Origin: Pseudomonas sp.
Lineage (GTDB): Bacteria > Pseudomonadota > Gammaproteobacteria > Pseudomonadales > Pseudomonadaceae
Length of the DNA stretch: 46,322 bases
NCBI RefSeq assembly: GCF_026224925.1
Contig: NZ_JAMFRV010000080.1
Location: 1 to 46,322 of the forward strand
Direction of reading: 5' to 3'
How positions within the stretch are numbered: the stretch's first letter is position 1; each line of letters begins with the position of its first letter. Positions 1 to 9,869 of the stretch are shown here, piece after piece. The position numbers and the translations under genes were made by a program. The notes below the pieces were generated by a model that saw only the letters and a program-made list of their open reading frames with translations, was not told where the DNA came from and did not search any database.

Positions 1-2
1 AC

Positions 3-500
3 CTGAAGTCCATGAGCATCGTCACGTCGTTGCCCTGGCTGGCGGGGACCGTGGGCTTTCTGTGTGGTGGCGTGCTGATCGACTACATCTACAAGCGCAC
101 CGGCAAGCAGTTGTTCTCGCGCAAAGTAGTATTGGTGACCTGCCTGCTGATAGCCGCGAGTTGTATCGCACTGACCGGCCAGGTCGAAGACGTGACACAA
201 AGCGTGGTGGTCATGACCGTCGCCATCGGCTTCCTGATGCTGGCTGCTCCCGCCTATTGGTCGTTGATTCAGGAAGCCGTGCCTAGCCATCAAGTCGGTA
301 CCGCCGGGGGCTTCATGCATGGCCTGGCCAACGTGTCGGGAGTCGTCGCACCCACCGCCACCGGGATCATCATCCAGACTTCCGGCACCTATGCCAGCGG
401 CTTCGCCTTGGCTGGTGGCCTGGGTCTTCTCGGAGCGCTGACCGTGGCGCTCTTTGTCAGCCAGCCGAAGTCCATGACCCCATCCCTCTCGCCGGCCTGA
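3..500 (+). CDS. MFS transporter (ACS/hexuronate-glucarate type), C-terminal part, 5' truncated by window
   Basis: Frame is open from the window edge. Multiple TM helices and the 'GTAGGFMHGLANVSGVVAPTATGIII' ACS-type C-terminal motif. Confidence 0.85.
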   Translation: MKSMSIVTSLPWLAGTVGFLCGGVLIDYIYKRTGKQLFSRKVVLVTCLLIAASCIALTGQVEDVTQSVVVMTVAIGFLMLAAPAYWSLIQEAVPSHQVGTAGGFMHGLANVSGVVAPTATGIIIQTSGTYASGFALAGGLGLLGALTVALFVSQPKSMTPSLSPA

Positions 501-543
501 ACCTTCGCTAGAGCAATGCGCAAACATATTTGAGGAGCGAAAT

Positions 544-1353
544 ATGCAAACCATCCTGATTACCGGTGCCGCTGGCATTGTCGGCAAGGCGCTACGCCCC
601 TTGTTGCGCAAGCATTACGCCCTGCGCCTGTTCGATCGCCTGCCAATCACCGACCTGGCGGAAAACGAAAGCGCCTTTTGCGGTGACCTGACCCGCACCG
701 GGGATATTCTCGAAGCGGTTGACGGTGTCGACGGCGTCCTGCACCTGGCTTGCGCATACGGCATCGATATTCGGTTCGAGAGCACACTCAACACCAACTA
801 TAACGCAACCCTGCAGTTGCTCGAGGCCGCGCAAAAGTCCGGTGTGAAACGCTTCATCTTTGCCAGTAGCCACCACGTGCTGGGGCAATATCGGACCGAT
901 GCCGCAGAGTTGTTCGATGAACTGCCCGTGGCACCTGACAGTTACTACGCATTGAGTAAAGTGTTCGGCGAGGCTTCTTGCGCGGTTTTTGCCCAACGCT
1001 ACGACATGGCGATCTGCGCGATTCGCATCGGCAATGCCGACCCACAAGTTAGCGATGCGAGACGCGTGCGTCTCTGGGTCAGCGGCCGTGATCTGGCGCA
1101 GTTGGTGCGTATCGGCATGGAACACTCACAGATTCGCTACGAAATACTTTACGGCGTATCCGACAGCCCCAAACCGTTCTTTAGCAACACCCGGGCCAGG
1201 GAGTTGGGTTATAGCCCTATGGATAACGCCAAGGATTTTATTGCACCTGACTACCTCGACTATGACGCCATGTGCCCACAAACCTCCGGCCGGGACTTCC
1301 TCGGTGGAGCCTATGCCGTCAGCTCACTGGCCAGCTGCCTGGAGTCCGCATGA
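544..1353 (+). CDS. NAD-dependent epimerase/dehydratase family, uronate dehydrogenase (Udh)-like
   Basis: TGAAGIVG Rossmann motif, FASSHH, PDSYYALSK (YxxxK), IRIG, WVSGRDL. GAGGAG RBS upstream. Confidence 0.8.
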   Translation: MQTILITGAAGIVGKALRPLLRKHYALRLFDRLPITDLAENESAFCGDLTRTGDILEAVDGVDGVLHLACAYGIDIRFESTLNTNYNATLQLLEAAQKSGVKRFIFASSHHVLGQYRTDAAELFDELPVAPDSYYALSKVFGEASCAVFAQRYDMAICAIRIGNADPQVSDARRVRLWVSGRDLAQLVRIGMEHSQIRYEILYGVSDSPKPFFSNTRARELGYSPMDNAKDFIAPDYLDYDAMCPQTSGRDFLGGAYAVSSLASCLESA

Positions 1354-2441
1354 TTATTCGTAAGGTCGACACCTTCATTGTCGAAATTCCTTTTCACGAC
1401 GGCGGCAAAGGTCAAGGCATCACGCCCACCGCCTGGCGCACCCTGGAAAACGTGCTGGTGCGCATCGAGGATGATCAGGGGTATGTGGGCTGGGGCGAAG
1501 CGTTCGGTTACTTCACTGCCGATGCGACCAAATCCACCATTGATCGCTTGATCGCGCCAGTGCTGGAGGGCAGCACGGTCGAGGACATTGGCGCCTGGAA
1601 CCTCAAGACCCAACGTCAGTTGCATCTGTTCGGTCGTTATGGCGTGACGATGTTCGCCATTTCCGGCGTGGATATCGCGCTTTGGGATCTGGCAGCCCAG
1701 CGCCGTGGCGTGCCGCTGCACCGCCTCTTTACCGACAAGCTGCGCAGCCATGTGCCGGCCTACGCAAGCCTGGTCCGCTACGCCGATGGCGACGTCGCAC
1801 CGGCCATCTGCAACCAGGCGCTGGAGATGGGCTTCAAGGACATCAAGCTGCATGAGGTGACCCTTGCCGAAATCGCCCAGTGTCGGCAGGCCATCGGCTA
1901 CGAAGTACCACTGTCCACCGACGTAAATTGCGGTTGGTCTATTGCTGATACCCGCGCCTGGCTACCGAAGCTTGCAGAACTGCAACTGGCTTGGCTGGAA
2001 GAGCCGATCTTCCCGCCGGAGGATTTCGCGACCCTGAACAGCCTACGCGGCCAGGGTGTTTCGCTGTCTGCCGGTGAAAACTGGTGTAGCGCCTTCCAGT
2101 TCGAGCAGGCGCTCAAAGCGGGAGCGGTCGATTCGGTGCAACCGAGCGTGACCAAAGTCGGCGGCATCAGCGAATGCTTGCGTATTGCCGAACTCGCACG
2201 GCAGTACGACACCCCAGTCTTGCCACACTGCCCTTACTTTGGCCCCGGTTTCCTTGCTACGTTGCACTTGGCGGTGGCTCAAGAACAGGTTGCACAGATC
2301 GAGTACCTGTTCGTCGAACCAGACGCCTGGCTGTACGACATCCAAGGGATGCGCCAAGGCCATTTGTTTGAGATTCCGCAAGGCGTGGGCCTGGGCCAGC
2401 AGATGGATCAAACCGTCTTCGATCGCTTCCGTCGCGCGTGA
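1350..2441 (+). CDS. Mandelate racemase/muconate lactonizing enzyme (enolase superfamily) acid-sugar enzyme
   Basis: GWGEA, SGVDIALWDL, metal ligands in DVN/WLEEP/GEN, His in PHC. ATG at 1350 overlaps the upstream TGA (ATGA). Confidence 0.9.
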   Translation: MIIRKVDTFIVEIPFHDGGKGQGITPTAWRTLENVLVRIEDDQGYVGWGEAFGYFTADATKSTIDRLIAPVLEGSTVEDIGAWNLKTQRQLHLFGRYGVTMFAISGVDIALWDLAAQRRGVPLHRLFTDKLRSHVPAYASLVRYADGDVAPAICNQALEMGFKDIKLHEVTLAEIAQCRQAIGYEVPLSTDVNCGWSIADTRAWLPKLAELQLAWLEEPIFPPEDFATLNSLRGQGVSLSAGENWCSAFQFEQALKAGAVDSVQPSVTKVGGISECLRIAELARQYDTPVLPHCPYFGPGFLATLHLAVAQEQVAQIEYLFVEPDAWLYDIQGMRQGHLFEIPQGVGLGQQMDQTVFDRFRRA

Positions 2442-2455
2442 ATCAGGAGCAGACG

Positions 2456-3367
2456 ATGTCGATCCGTTTTCAGCAACTGACCCTGCAAAACGCCGAACTG
2501 AGCCTGCAATTGCTCCCCGAGCACGGCGGCCGAATCGGTCGCCTGCAAGTGCGCAAGCATGCTTTGGAAATTTTACAGCCGATTGATGGCACACAGTCTC
2601 TAGACCCACTGAACTGGCCCAAGGGCGGCGCCTATCCGCTGATCCCGTACTCCAATCGAATTGCCAATGCACAGTTGCACTTCGAGGGTCGGGACTATGC
2701 GCTGCCCGCCCATCCGCAGGCCTTGCCACACACGTTGCATGGCATCAGTCATACCCTGGTCTGGCAAGTCGATAGCCAGTCGACGACCCAGGCCAGCCTC
2801 AGCTTGGACTACCGCGGCCCACATTGGCCATGGCAGATTCGAGCCGAGCAGCATTTCGAGCTCAGCGGCGGCAGCTTGCGGATTCGGCTTGCACTGTTCA
2901 ATCAGGGGGAAACGCCGATGCCGGCAGGTCTGGGTCTGCATCCCTATTTCCTCGCTCACCCGCAACTGCAAGCCAGTTTGAGTTGTTCCCGCCAATGGCA
3001 GAGCACAGCGGATTATTTGAGCACCGGGCAGAACATGACGGGAGATGTGGCGATGCGGTTCGACAGTCAGGCCTGGCAAACCGAGACCTGTGTCCACTAC
3101 CTGTCGCAATGGGCCGGCAAGGTCGATCTCGACTACCCCCAGGGCCGCTTATGCCTGACGGCCAGCCCTGAACTGGAGCATCTGGTGGTGTTCGCACCGG
3201 TAGGTTCACCTTATGTGTGCATAGAGCCGGTTTCACACGTGGCGAATGGTTTCAACCTGCAACCGCTGCTAGGAGAACTGAGCGGCACCCAAGTCCTGGC
3301 GCCAGGGGAAAGCTTCTCGGCGGACCTGTGTTTCGAATGGATCGAGCGCTTACAACGCCCCGGATAA
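2456..3367 (+). CDS. Aldose 1-epimerase family protein
   Basis: PYSNRI, LHG, GLHPYF, CIEP motifs. AGGAG RBS before ATG 2456. Confidence 0.88.
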   Translation: MSIRFQQLTLQNAELSLQLLPEHGGRIGRLQVRKHALEILQPIDGTQSLDPLNWPKGGAYPLIPYSNRIANAQLHFEGRDYALPAHPQALPHTLHGISHTLVWQVDSQSTTQASLSLDYRGPHWPWQIRAEQHFELSGGSLRIRLALFNQGETPMPAGLGLHPYFLAHPQLQASLSCSRQWQSTADYLSTGQNMTGDVAMRFDSQAWQTETCVHYLSQWAGKVDLDYPQGRLCLTASPELEHLVVFAPVGSPYVCIEPVSHVANGFNLQPLLGELSGTQVLAPGESFSADLCFEWIERLQRPG

Positions 3368-3461
3368 GCCTCCAGCCTCACCCTCAACATTGAACGGACG
3401 CATACCTGCCCGCCCGAAAATCTCGAGTGGCGAGCCAACTCATCTCTAAAAAGAATAAAAA

Positions 3462-4742
3462 ATGAAAATCAAACATTTTAGCCAACATACATCGCCTCGC
3501 TCTCTGCCCCTCTGCATGACGCTGTGTGCCATGCCATTGGCAGCTCACGCGGACTTCGTCTCCGACAGTAAAGCTACGTTGTTGATGCGCAACTTCTATT
3601 ACAACCACGATCTGCGGGACTCCAAAGCCCCAGCCCAATCGAAGATCGACGAATGGGCACAAGGCTTCATTCTCAAGGCTGAGTCCGGTTACACCGAAGG
3701 CACCGTCGGTTTTGGCTTGGACATGTTCGCCGGACTCGGGCTCAAGCTTGACTCTTCACCAGGCAACAGTGGCTCTGCCCTGCTGCCTGGCGCCTACAAC
3801 CGGGCAGGTGGCCCTCGCAACGCCGATCCCTCATCTGTTGATGAGTTCTCTAAGGCGACCGCCGCACTAAAAATGAAAGTATCCAAAAGCGAACTCAAGG
3901 TCGGCGGCCTGTTCCCGAAAATCCCGTTGGTGTCCGCTGGCGACGCACGTCTGTTACCGCAATTCTTCGAAGGAGCCATGCTCAGCGTCCGTGAGTTCGA
4001 CAACATCGATATCGACCTGGGGCAGATGCGCGCGGTCAGCTATCGTGAGTTCACTGGCAGCCGCAAGATGCAGACCGGTAACTACCTTTCGGTAGAAAGC
4101 GACCGCTTCAACTATCTTGGGGGGACTTGGCGAATTACTCCAAATGCCTCGGTTGGTGTATGGGAAGGCGAACTGAAAGACGTCTATCGCCAAACGCTCT
4201 ACACCACCACCCTCAACAAACCGATAGGCGCCTGGAAGCTCAGCGCCGTGGGGAACTACCTTGCCTCCAGCGAAGCCGGCGCAGAACTCGCAGGCAAACT
4301 CGACAGTCGCATGGCGTCGACCCTGCTTTCCGCCAATCTGGGCCCACAAACATTTCGCTTCGGTTTGCAGTACAACGCCGGCGATAGCGCCTTGCCCTTT
4401 CTTCATGACACCGACCTGCCCGACGTGGCCAACGCAGTCCAGGTACTTCGTTTCGATCGCGCGCAAGAGCGCTCATGGCAAGCACGTTACGACTTCGACT
4501 TTGCAGGCGTCGGTTTGCCAGGCCTGGTGGCTATGGCACGTTATGTTTATGGCGATAACTTCAAGATTAACGGACAAGACGGTCAAGAATGGGAACGTAA
4601 CATCGACCTGACGTACACCATCCAGAGCGGCACCTTCAGAGACCTGTCATTCAGGTTGCGCAACGTCGAACTGATCGGTGCTGCGACGGGACGCCGCGAT
4701 GAAAATCGCTTTATCGTCTCATATCCATTGTCGCTGCTCTGA
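3462..4742 (+). CDS. OprD family outer-membrane porin
   Basis: Signal peptide (AHA), EWAQGF, SGYTEGTVGFGLD, DARLLPQ, ERSWQARYDFDFAGVGLPGL. Confidence 0.95.
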   Translation: MKIKHFSQHTSPRSLPLCMTLCAMPLAAHADFVSDSKATLLMRNFYYNHDLRDSKAPAQSKIDEWAQGFILKAESGYTEGTVGFGLDMFAGLGLKLDSSPGNSGSALLPGAYNRAGGPRNADPSSVDEFSKATAALKMKVSKSELKVGGLFPKIPLVSAGDARLLPQFFEGAMLSVREFDNIDIDLGQMRAVSYREFTGSRKMQTGNYLSVESDRFNYLGGTWRITPNASVGVWEGELKDVYRQTLYTTTLNKPIGAWKLSAVGNYLASSEAGAELAGKLDSRMASTLLSANLGPQTFRFGLQYNAGDSALPFLHDTDLPDVANAVQVLRFDRAQERSWQARYDFDFAGVGLPGLVAMARYVYGDNFKINGQDGQEWERNIDLTYTIQSGTFRDLSFRLRNVELIGAATGRRDENRFIVSYPLSLL

Positions 4743-4846
4743 TCTCGGGTGCGCCCCTAAGGACGATCTGAAATAAGACCTTGCTGGTCTCGATAGGTCC
4801 ATCCGGTGCAGTGTCTACCTGAGGCATTGCAGGACCGCTTAGATCA

Positions 4847-5632
4847 TCAGGAAATCAAGCTATTGACTCGACTGTCTGCCAATTTGAACACCACACGCTG
4901 AGGGTGGTTGATCGAGACCAGATACTCCATCGGCTGCCCTTGGGTATCGAAAATCACGCCCCGATAAACCAGCGCGGCCGTCCCGGGTTCGACTTCCAGC
5001 AGGCGCGCCTCTTGATCATTCATCGTGGCAATGCTTAACGTCCCCTCGTCGCTTTCTATTTCGATCTGATACCGCGCCAACAATAAGGCATACAACGAGG
5101 CCCCCTCGATTAGATCCCCCGCCACCAGATCCGGCACGCGGGCGGCAGGAATGTAACTGGTCTCGATACAGAATGGCTTTTGGTCCACGGTGCGCAGACG
5201 CCTGATGGTCAGCAATACATCCCCCTCCTGAATCTTCAGCAGTTTGGCGACGCGGGCGCTGGCCTGGGTTTGCTCGAAGTAAAGCAACTTGCTGCCGGGC
5301 CTGGCCCCGGCCTGTTCAACCACTTCGGCGATGCCTTTACGCGCCACCGTATTGAGTGGCCGCTCGACGCCCGGAGCAGTCACGAAGGTTCCACGATTGC
5401 CTCGGCGCTCGAGGACCCCACGATCGATCAGTGTTTGCAGAGCCTTTCGCAAGGTCATCCTGCTGATTCCAAGGTGTTCGGCCAGGTCCCTTTCCGCCGG
5501 GATACGTTCAGCCGGTCCGAACTCCGGACGTTCCAGCATTTCAAGCAGTGCCTGGACGGCCTGCCAGGCAACCTGCTTGCGTTGGGGTGCGGGAAACGCC
5601 ACGTCGGAGGGTTTTGCACGGGTAACTTTCAT
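4847..5632 (-). CDS. GntR/HutC (UTRA) transcriptional regulator, FrlR-like
   Basis: IPAERDLAEHLGISRMTLRKAL wHTH and a UTRA C-terminus. Divergent from frlB-like gene. Confidence 0.9.
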   Translation of the reverse strand: MKVTRAKPSDVAFPAPQRKQVAWQAVQALLEMLERPEFGPAERIPAERDLAEHLGISRMTLRKALQTLIDRGVLERRGNRGTFVTAPGVERPLNTVARKGIAEVVEQAGARPGSKLLYFEQTQASARVAKLLKIQEGDVLLTIRRLRTVDQKPFCIETSYIPAARVPDLVAGDLIEGASLYALLLARYQIEIESDEGTLSIATMNDQEARLLEVEPGTAALVYRGVIFDTQGQPMEYLVSINHPQRVVFKLADSRVNSLIS

Positions 5633-5767
5633 GGTCTACATCCTGGATTATTTTTCTGGCGATCCATTGCGACTGTAAAAACCAAAACCCGACGCAAACC
5701 CGCCAACTTAGCAATGACAAAGAAAACCCGGTTCAGGAAAACCCCGAAAACCGCTTATTCGGCCCAT

Positions 5768-5826
5768 TAGACCATGGGGGAAAAGCCTTGTAATGGTATT
5801 TTTCATGGTATAGATTTTGGTCTAAA
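5768..5826. promoter_or_regulatory. Cluster of TGGT(A/C)TA / TAGACCA half-sites, candidate GntR(HutC) operator
   Basis: TAGACCA 5768-5774, ATGGTATAGA 5805-5814, TGGTCTAAA 5818-5826 (also TGGTCTACA 5632-5640). Resembles NagR/DasR-type TGGTCTAGACCA sites. Confidence 0.45.
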
Positions 5827-5880
5827 TGGTGGTCATGAACAGCAACATAAGCCGCCGCAATAAAGTACCAAGGAGCCCAC

Positions 5881-6894
5881 ATGGCGATCCAGTTCAACCG
5901 GGAAGGCTTCATTACTTCCTTGCAGCAATCCGCTCAAAACGTCGACGACGCTCAGCAGTTTGGCCAAGAGTTGGCAACGCGGATTGACCGCATCTATTTC
6001 GTCAGCTGCGGCGCCCCCAACCGCATCATGCTCGGCCTGCAATATTGGCTTGAACACTACAGTCACTCACTGGAAGTCCGTCGTTATTTCCCGGCCGATT
6101 TCATGGATATCGATCCGCCGCGCCTGGATGGGCGCACCTTGGTCGTTCTCGCGTCCAAGTCCGGAACGACCCAGGAAACCATCGCCGCCGCGCGTTTCCT
6201 GCAAGGCAAGCCATGCCTCACTGTGGGTGTGACACAGACCGCCGAGCTGCCGCTGGCCCAAGCCGTTCAACATTGCTTCCTGCTGGGCCGCACGGACGAG
6301 GCGTACTTCGGCTGCTTCATGATCCTTCAAGCGTTGATCGGCGGTATTTTGGCCAAACGCGAAGGCTGGCCACTGCTGGACAAGCTCACTCGCTCACTTA
6401 AAGCGCTGCCGCAAGCACTGGCTGATGCAGCGATCAACAACGACCAACGGGCGACCGAGGAGGCGCGTCTCTATAAAGATGATCGTGTCATGTACTTCCT
6501 CGCGTCGGGCCCGATGTTCACCACTGCCTATGTGTTCGGCGTCTGCGTGGTGATGGAAAGCCAATGGCTGCATTGCCTGCCAGTGGAGGCCGCAGAGTTT
6601 TTCCATGGCCCATTCGAAGCCATCGATGCCTCCACTCCGCTGCTACTGCTGGTCGGCGAAGACCCCAGCCGAGCGCAGATGGAACGGGTCGTGAGCTTCT
6701 GCCAGCGGTATACCGAACGGGTCATGGTCTATGACTCCAAGGACTTCCCGATGGTCGGGATCGACCCGGAGATCCGCGCGATTGTCGCCCCCTACATCGT
6801 TGGCATCGCCGCTGAACGTATCGCTGCCCATCTGGCGGTCTGGCATCAACAACCGCTGACGACTCGCCGCTACATGTGGAAAACGGAGTACTGA
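5881..6894 (+). CDS. frlB: SIS-domain fructosamine (fructoselysine-6-phosphate) deglycase, FrlB-like
   Basis: SKSGTTQET, EFFHGPFE, C-terminal HQQPLTTRRYMWKTEY typical of FrlB. Confidence 0.85.
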   Translation: MAIQFNREGFITSLQQSAQNVDDAQQFGQELATRIDRIYFVSCGAPNRIMLGLQYWLEHYSHSLEVRRYFPADFMDIDPPRLDGRTLVVLASKSGTTQETIAAARFLQGKPCLTVGVTQTAELPLAQAVQHCFLLGRTDEAYFGCFMILQALIGGILAKREGWPLLDKLTRSLKALPQALADAAINNDQRATEEARLYKDDRVMYFLASGPMFTTAYVFGVCVVMESQWLHCLPVEAAEFFHGPFEAIDASTPLLLLVGEDPSRAQMERVVSFCQRYTERVMVYDSKDFPMVGIDPEIRAIVAPYIVGIAAERIAAHLAVWHQQPLTTRRYMWKTEY

Positions 6895-6896
6895 GC

Positions 6897-7751
6897 ATGG
6901 CCAGCCTGATCGCGGTCGGCGATAACACCTTGGATGTGTACCTGGACCGGAACATCGAATATCCAGGCGGGAATGCGCTCAATGTTGCGGTATTCGCTTC
7001 CCGGCTAGGCACTCGCAGCGCCTACCTCGGCTGCGTAGGCGATGATCGGTGCGGCCAGCGTTTGCTCGACTGCCTGCAAAAAGAAGAAGTCGATTCTTCC
7101 CATTGCCGAACGCTGCCGGGGGCCAATGGTTGGGCGTGTGTCGACAGCATCGATGGCGAGCGAGTGTTTCTGGGCAGCGATCCTGGTGTTTGTCGTCAAC
7201 TGCGACTCAATGCCGAGGATTTGGCCTACATCACGAAGTTCTCGCTGGCACACAGCAGCCTCTATAGCGGCCTCGAAAACCAACTGGTGCAAATTCGTCA
7301 TGCCAGCGGCTGCCTGTCCTTCGACTTCTCGGACAACTGGGTCGAATTCGATTGGCCGGCCCTGATCAAGCATGTCGATATCGCCTTCTTCTCGGCTGCC
7401 GACCTGTCCTCGCAGGAGGCGTATGAGCTGGCGCACTCGATGCGGGCCCTGGGCCCGTCGATTGTGGTCATCACTCGCGGTGCTCTGGGAGCCCTCGCGG
7501 TCGATGCCCTGGGAATCCATGAGCAACCCAGTATTCCCTGCACTGTTGTCGACAGCATGGGCGCCGGTGACGGCTTCATCGCGGCGTTTCTGCTGGCATG
7601 GCAAGCCCGGCACAGCCTCGCGGAGTGTCTGTTGCATGGCGTCGATTATGCCGCCCAGGTGTGTGGTTGGACCGGTGGTTTTGGCCATGGTCAATCCCTG
7701 GACCCCGAACGTTCCCTGCAATTGAAACAAGCCTTGAATGCTCAAGGCTGA
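6897..7751 (+). CDS. frlD: PfkB family fructosamine/fructoselysine kinase, FrlD-like
   Basis: VGDNTLDVY, PGGNALNVAV, SFDFSD, VDSMGAGDGF. ATG 3 nt after frlB stop. Confidence 0.82.
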   Translation: MASLIAVGDNTLDVYLDRNIEYPGGNALNVAVFASRLGTRSAYLGCVGDDRCGQRLLDCLQKEEVDSSHCRTLPGANGWACVDSIDGERVFLGSDPGVCRQLRLNAEDLAYITKFSLAHSSLYSGLENQLVQIRHASGCLSFDFSDNWVEFDWPALIKHVDIAFFSAADLSSQEAYELAHSMRALGPSIVVITRGALGALAVDALGIHEQPSIPCTVVDSMGAGDGFIAAFLLAWQARHSLAECLLHGVDYAAQVCGWTGGFGHGQSLDPERSLQLKQALNAQG

Positions 7752-7812
7752 TGCGCGCGGCCCCGGGCTAATCCTGGGGCTGTTCAACCAACCTGTCGTG
7801 GATACCCTGTCG

Positions 7813-8583
7813 ATGAAAAAATGTCTGATCGGTTTGATGCTCGTGGCCAGCCCGCTGATGACCTGGGGCGCCAGCGAAGAGCTGCGTTTCGGGGTCGACC
7901 CCACCTACCCACCCTTTGAGTCCAAGCGACCTGACGGCTCGCTGACAGGTTTCGATATCGAGTTGGGTGAAAGCCTCTGCACCGAATTGAAACGTCGTTG
8001 CGTCTGGGTAGAAAACGCCTTCGACGGGATGGTCTCGTCCCTTAAAGGCAAGAAGTTCGACGGCATCCTTTCTGCCCTGTCGATCACCGAAGAGCGCAAA
8101 ACCGAAATCGCCTTTTCCAACACGCTGTATGACACCCCGGCACGCCTGGTAGCACCGCAAGGCAGTGCCTTGCAACCGACGGCCGAATCCTTGCGTGGCA
8201 AGCGCATCGGCGTGCAGCAAGGTAGCGTGTTCGAAGTCTATGCCAGGCGCATGTGGGGCCAGAAAGGCGTGGAGGTGGTGCCTTATCAAAGCAGTGATTT
8301 GACCTACTCGGACTTGATCAACGGTCGGCTGGATGCAGCATTCGACGATGCCATCGCGGTCTCCGAAGGCCTGCTCAAGAAGCCGATGGGCAAAGGCTTC
8401 GGCTACGCAGGGGAGGTCGTTAAATCACCTGAAATCTTTGGGCCGGGAACCGGGATCGGCTTGCGCAAAAGCGATACCGCGCTAGCCGGCGAAATCAATC
8501 AGGCGCTCCAACGGATCCACCAAAACGGCACCTATGACCGCATCGCCAAAAAATACTTTGATTTCGACATCTCGCCTAAGTAA
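7813..8583 (+). CDS. Amino-acid ABC transporter substrate-binding protein (HisJ/ArgT family)
   Basis: Signal peptide, DPTYPPFES, GFDIELG, SITEER, GVQQGS, KKYFDFDI. Confidence 0.92.
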   Translation: MKKCLIGLMLVASPLMTWGASEELRFGVDPTYPPFESKRPDGSLTGFDIELGESLCTELKRRCVWVENAFDGMVSSLKGKKFDGILSALSITEERKTEIAFSNTLYDTPARLVAPQGSALQPTAESLRGKRIGVQQGSVFEVYARRMWGQKGVEVVPYQSSDLTYSDLINGRLDAAFDDAIAVSEGLLKKPMGKGFGYAGEVVKSPEIFGPGTGIGLRKSDTALAGEINQALQRIHQNGTYDRIAKKYFDFDISPK

Positions 8584-8591
8584 ACCACCAT

Positions 8592-8616
8592 CGCGGACCC
8601 TGGAACCGCGTTTTTT
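8592..8616 (+). terminator. Rho-independent terminator
   Basis: CGCGG-N9-CCGCG followed by TTTTTT, 9 nt after the stop. Confidence 0.6.
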
Positions 8617-8619
8617 GAG

Positions 8620-8780
8620 GGATTGCGAAGGCTGGCGGCGATCTTACCCGCGGACAGGCCAACGTCGAACTTAAGGCGTAGGACCTCTCGGATTTTACGC
8701 ATAGATAAACGCTCCACGACGACCTCTTTACTTCAAAAAAGAGGTCGATGGTCGTGAAAAATCCTGCATTCCGGAAAACC
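8620..8780 (-). mobile_element. istA: IS21-family (IS1162-like) istA 5' remnant
   Basis: MERLSMRKIREVLRLKFDVGLSAGKIAASL from GTG 8717 matches my recollection of Pseudomonas IS21 IstA N-termini. GACCTCTTT..AAAGAGGTC hairpin at 8721-8746. No istB, boundaries approximate. Confidence 0.8.
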
Positions 8781-9021
8781 CTCTCCGCGAGATTCGCCCG
8801 CTGTCTTCCTCGCGATGGCTGAACGCATTCAACAACGGGCATTTGAGTAGTAAACTCCGTTGATTGATGACAGCAACAGAACGTGTATTTTCGCGACCGC
8901 GAAAACAGGGAGCGATAATGTTAGTGAATCTAAATCTGGTGACCCCCTCATGTCCGAACTCAGAGCATGGGTCCCCGTCTGATGGGTGTGAAAAACTGTT
9001 TCACATGGTCGAGGCCGGCCA

Positions 9022-9678
9022 GTGAACCCGCAGATGCTCGAGTCCGGCCCGCGGGGAGCCAAGGTGCTGTCGGTCTTTGACTTTGACGGTACCCTGACCC
9101 GGCACGACAGCTTTGTTCCATTCCTGATGTTTGCTTTTGGGAGGCGAGAGTTCAGCCGGAGAATGCTAAGACTGGCGGTGCCTGGCCTGCGATTCCTCAC
9201 ACGTAGGCTCAACCGTGATGAACTCAAGGCTCAACTGATCAGTACATTCCTGACGGGGGTGGAAAAGGAATGGGTCCAGCAAAAAGCCGAGGATTTCAGT
9301 AAGGCGCTTTGGATTAGGCTGATGCGACCAGCAGGTTTACGATCAGTCGCGACCGAAGTCGAGTCTGGGGCAATAGTAACGCTCTGTTCTGCTTCTCCAG
9401 CTTTGGTACTGCAACCTTTCGCCGATCGCCTCGGCATCAAGCTGATTGGTACCGAGCTGGAAGTCATCGACGGGTTACTGACCGGACATATCACCGGCAA
9501 CAATTGTCGGTGCGAGAATAAAGTTCTTCGCCTTGAGGCTGTCTATGGTCCTCTGAGTCAGTACCGACTCAGAGCTTGGGGCGATACCCGGGGCGATCGA
9601 GAACTGCTGGCCGCCGCACAAGACTCCCATTGGCGGCACTTTCATCCGGTATGGCGCCGTGGACAGCTGCGCCGGTGA
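9022..9678 (+). CDS. HAD-IB family hydrolase
   Basis: FDFDGTLT (DxDxT), CSASP, K, AWGDTRGD. Start codon uncertain. Confidence 0.88.
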   Translation: MNPQMLESGPRGAKVLSVFDFDGTLTRHDSFVPFLMFAFGRREFSRRMLRLAVPGLRFLTRRLNRDELKAQLISTFLTGVEKEWVQQKAEDFSKALWIRLMRPAGLRSVATEVESGAIVTLCSASPALVLQPFADRLGIKLIGTELEVIDGLLTGHITGNNCRCENKVLRLEAVYGPLSQYRLRAWGDTRGDRELLAAAQDSHWRHFHPVWRRGQLRR

Positions 9679-9709
9679 GTGTTCGTCAGTAGGTTTATTC
9701 ATGGGAACC

Positions 9710-9755
9710 AAAAAAACGCGGCAGTAACAGGTTGAGCCCCGCTACTGCCACGTTT
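9710..9755 (-). terminator. Rho-independent terminator for the minus-strand GH3-TIM-GMC unit
   Basis: On the minus strand AAACGTGGCAGTAGC pairs with GTTACTGCCGCGTTT (two G-U wobbles), ending in a U7 run. Confidence 0.7.
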
Positions 9756-9869
9756 GATCAGAACTATCGTAAACACCTTCGCTGAAGCAAAAACCACTAT
9801 TTAATGCGTCAAACTCTGTCGAACAAACAGATGCCGAAATGTCACGATCAGATGTATCAAAATGACAAT

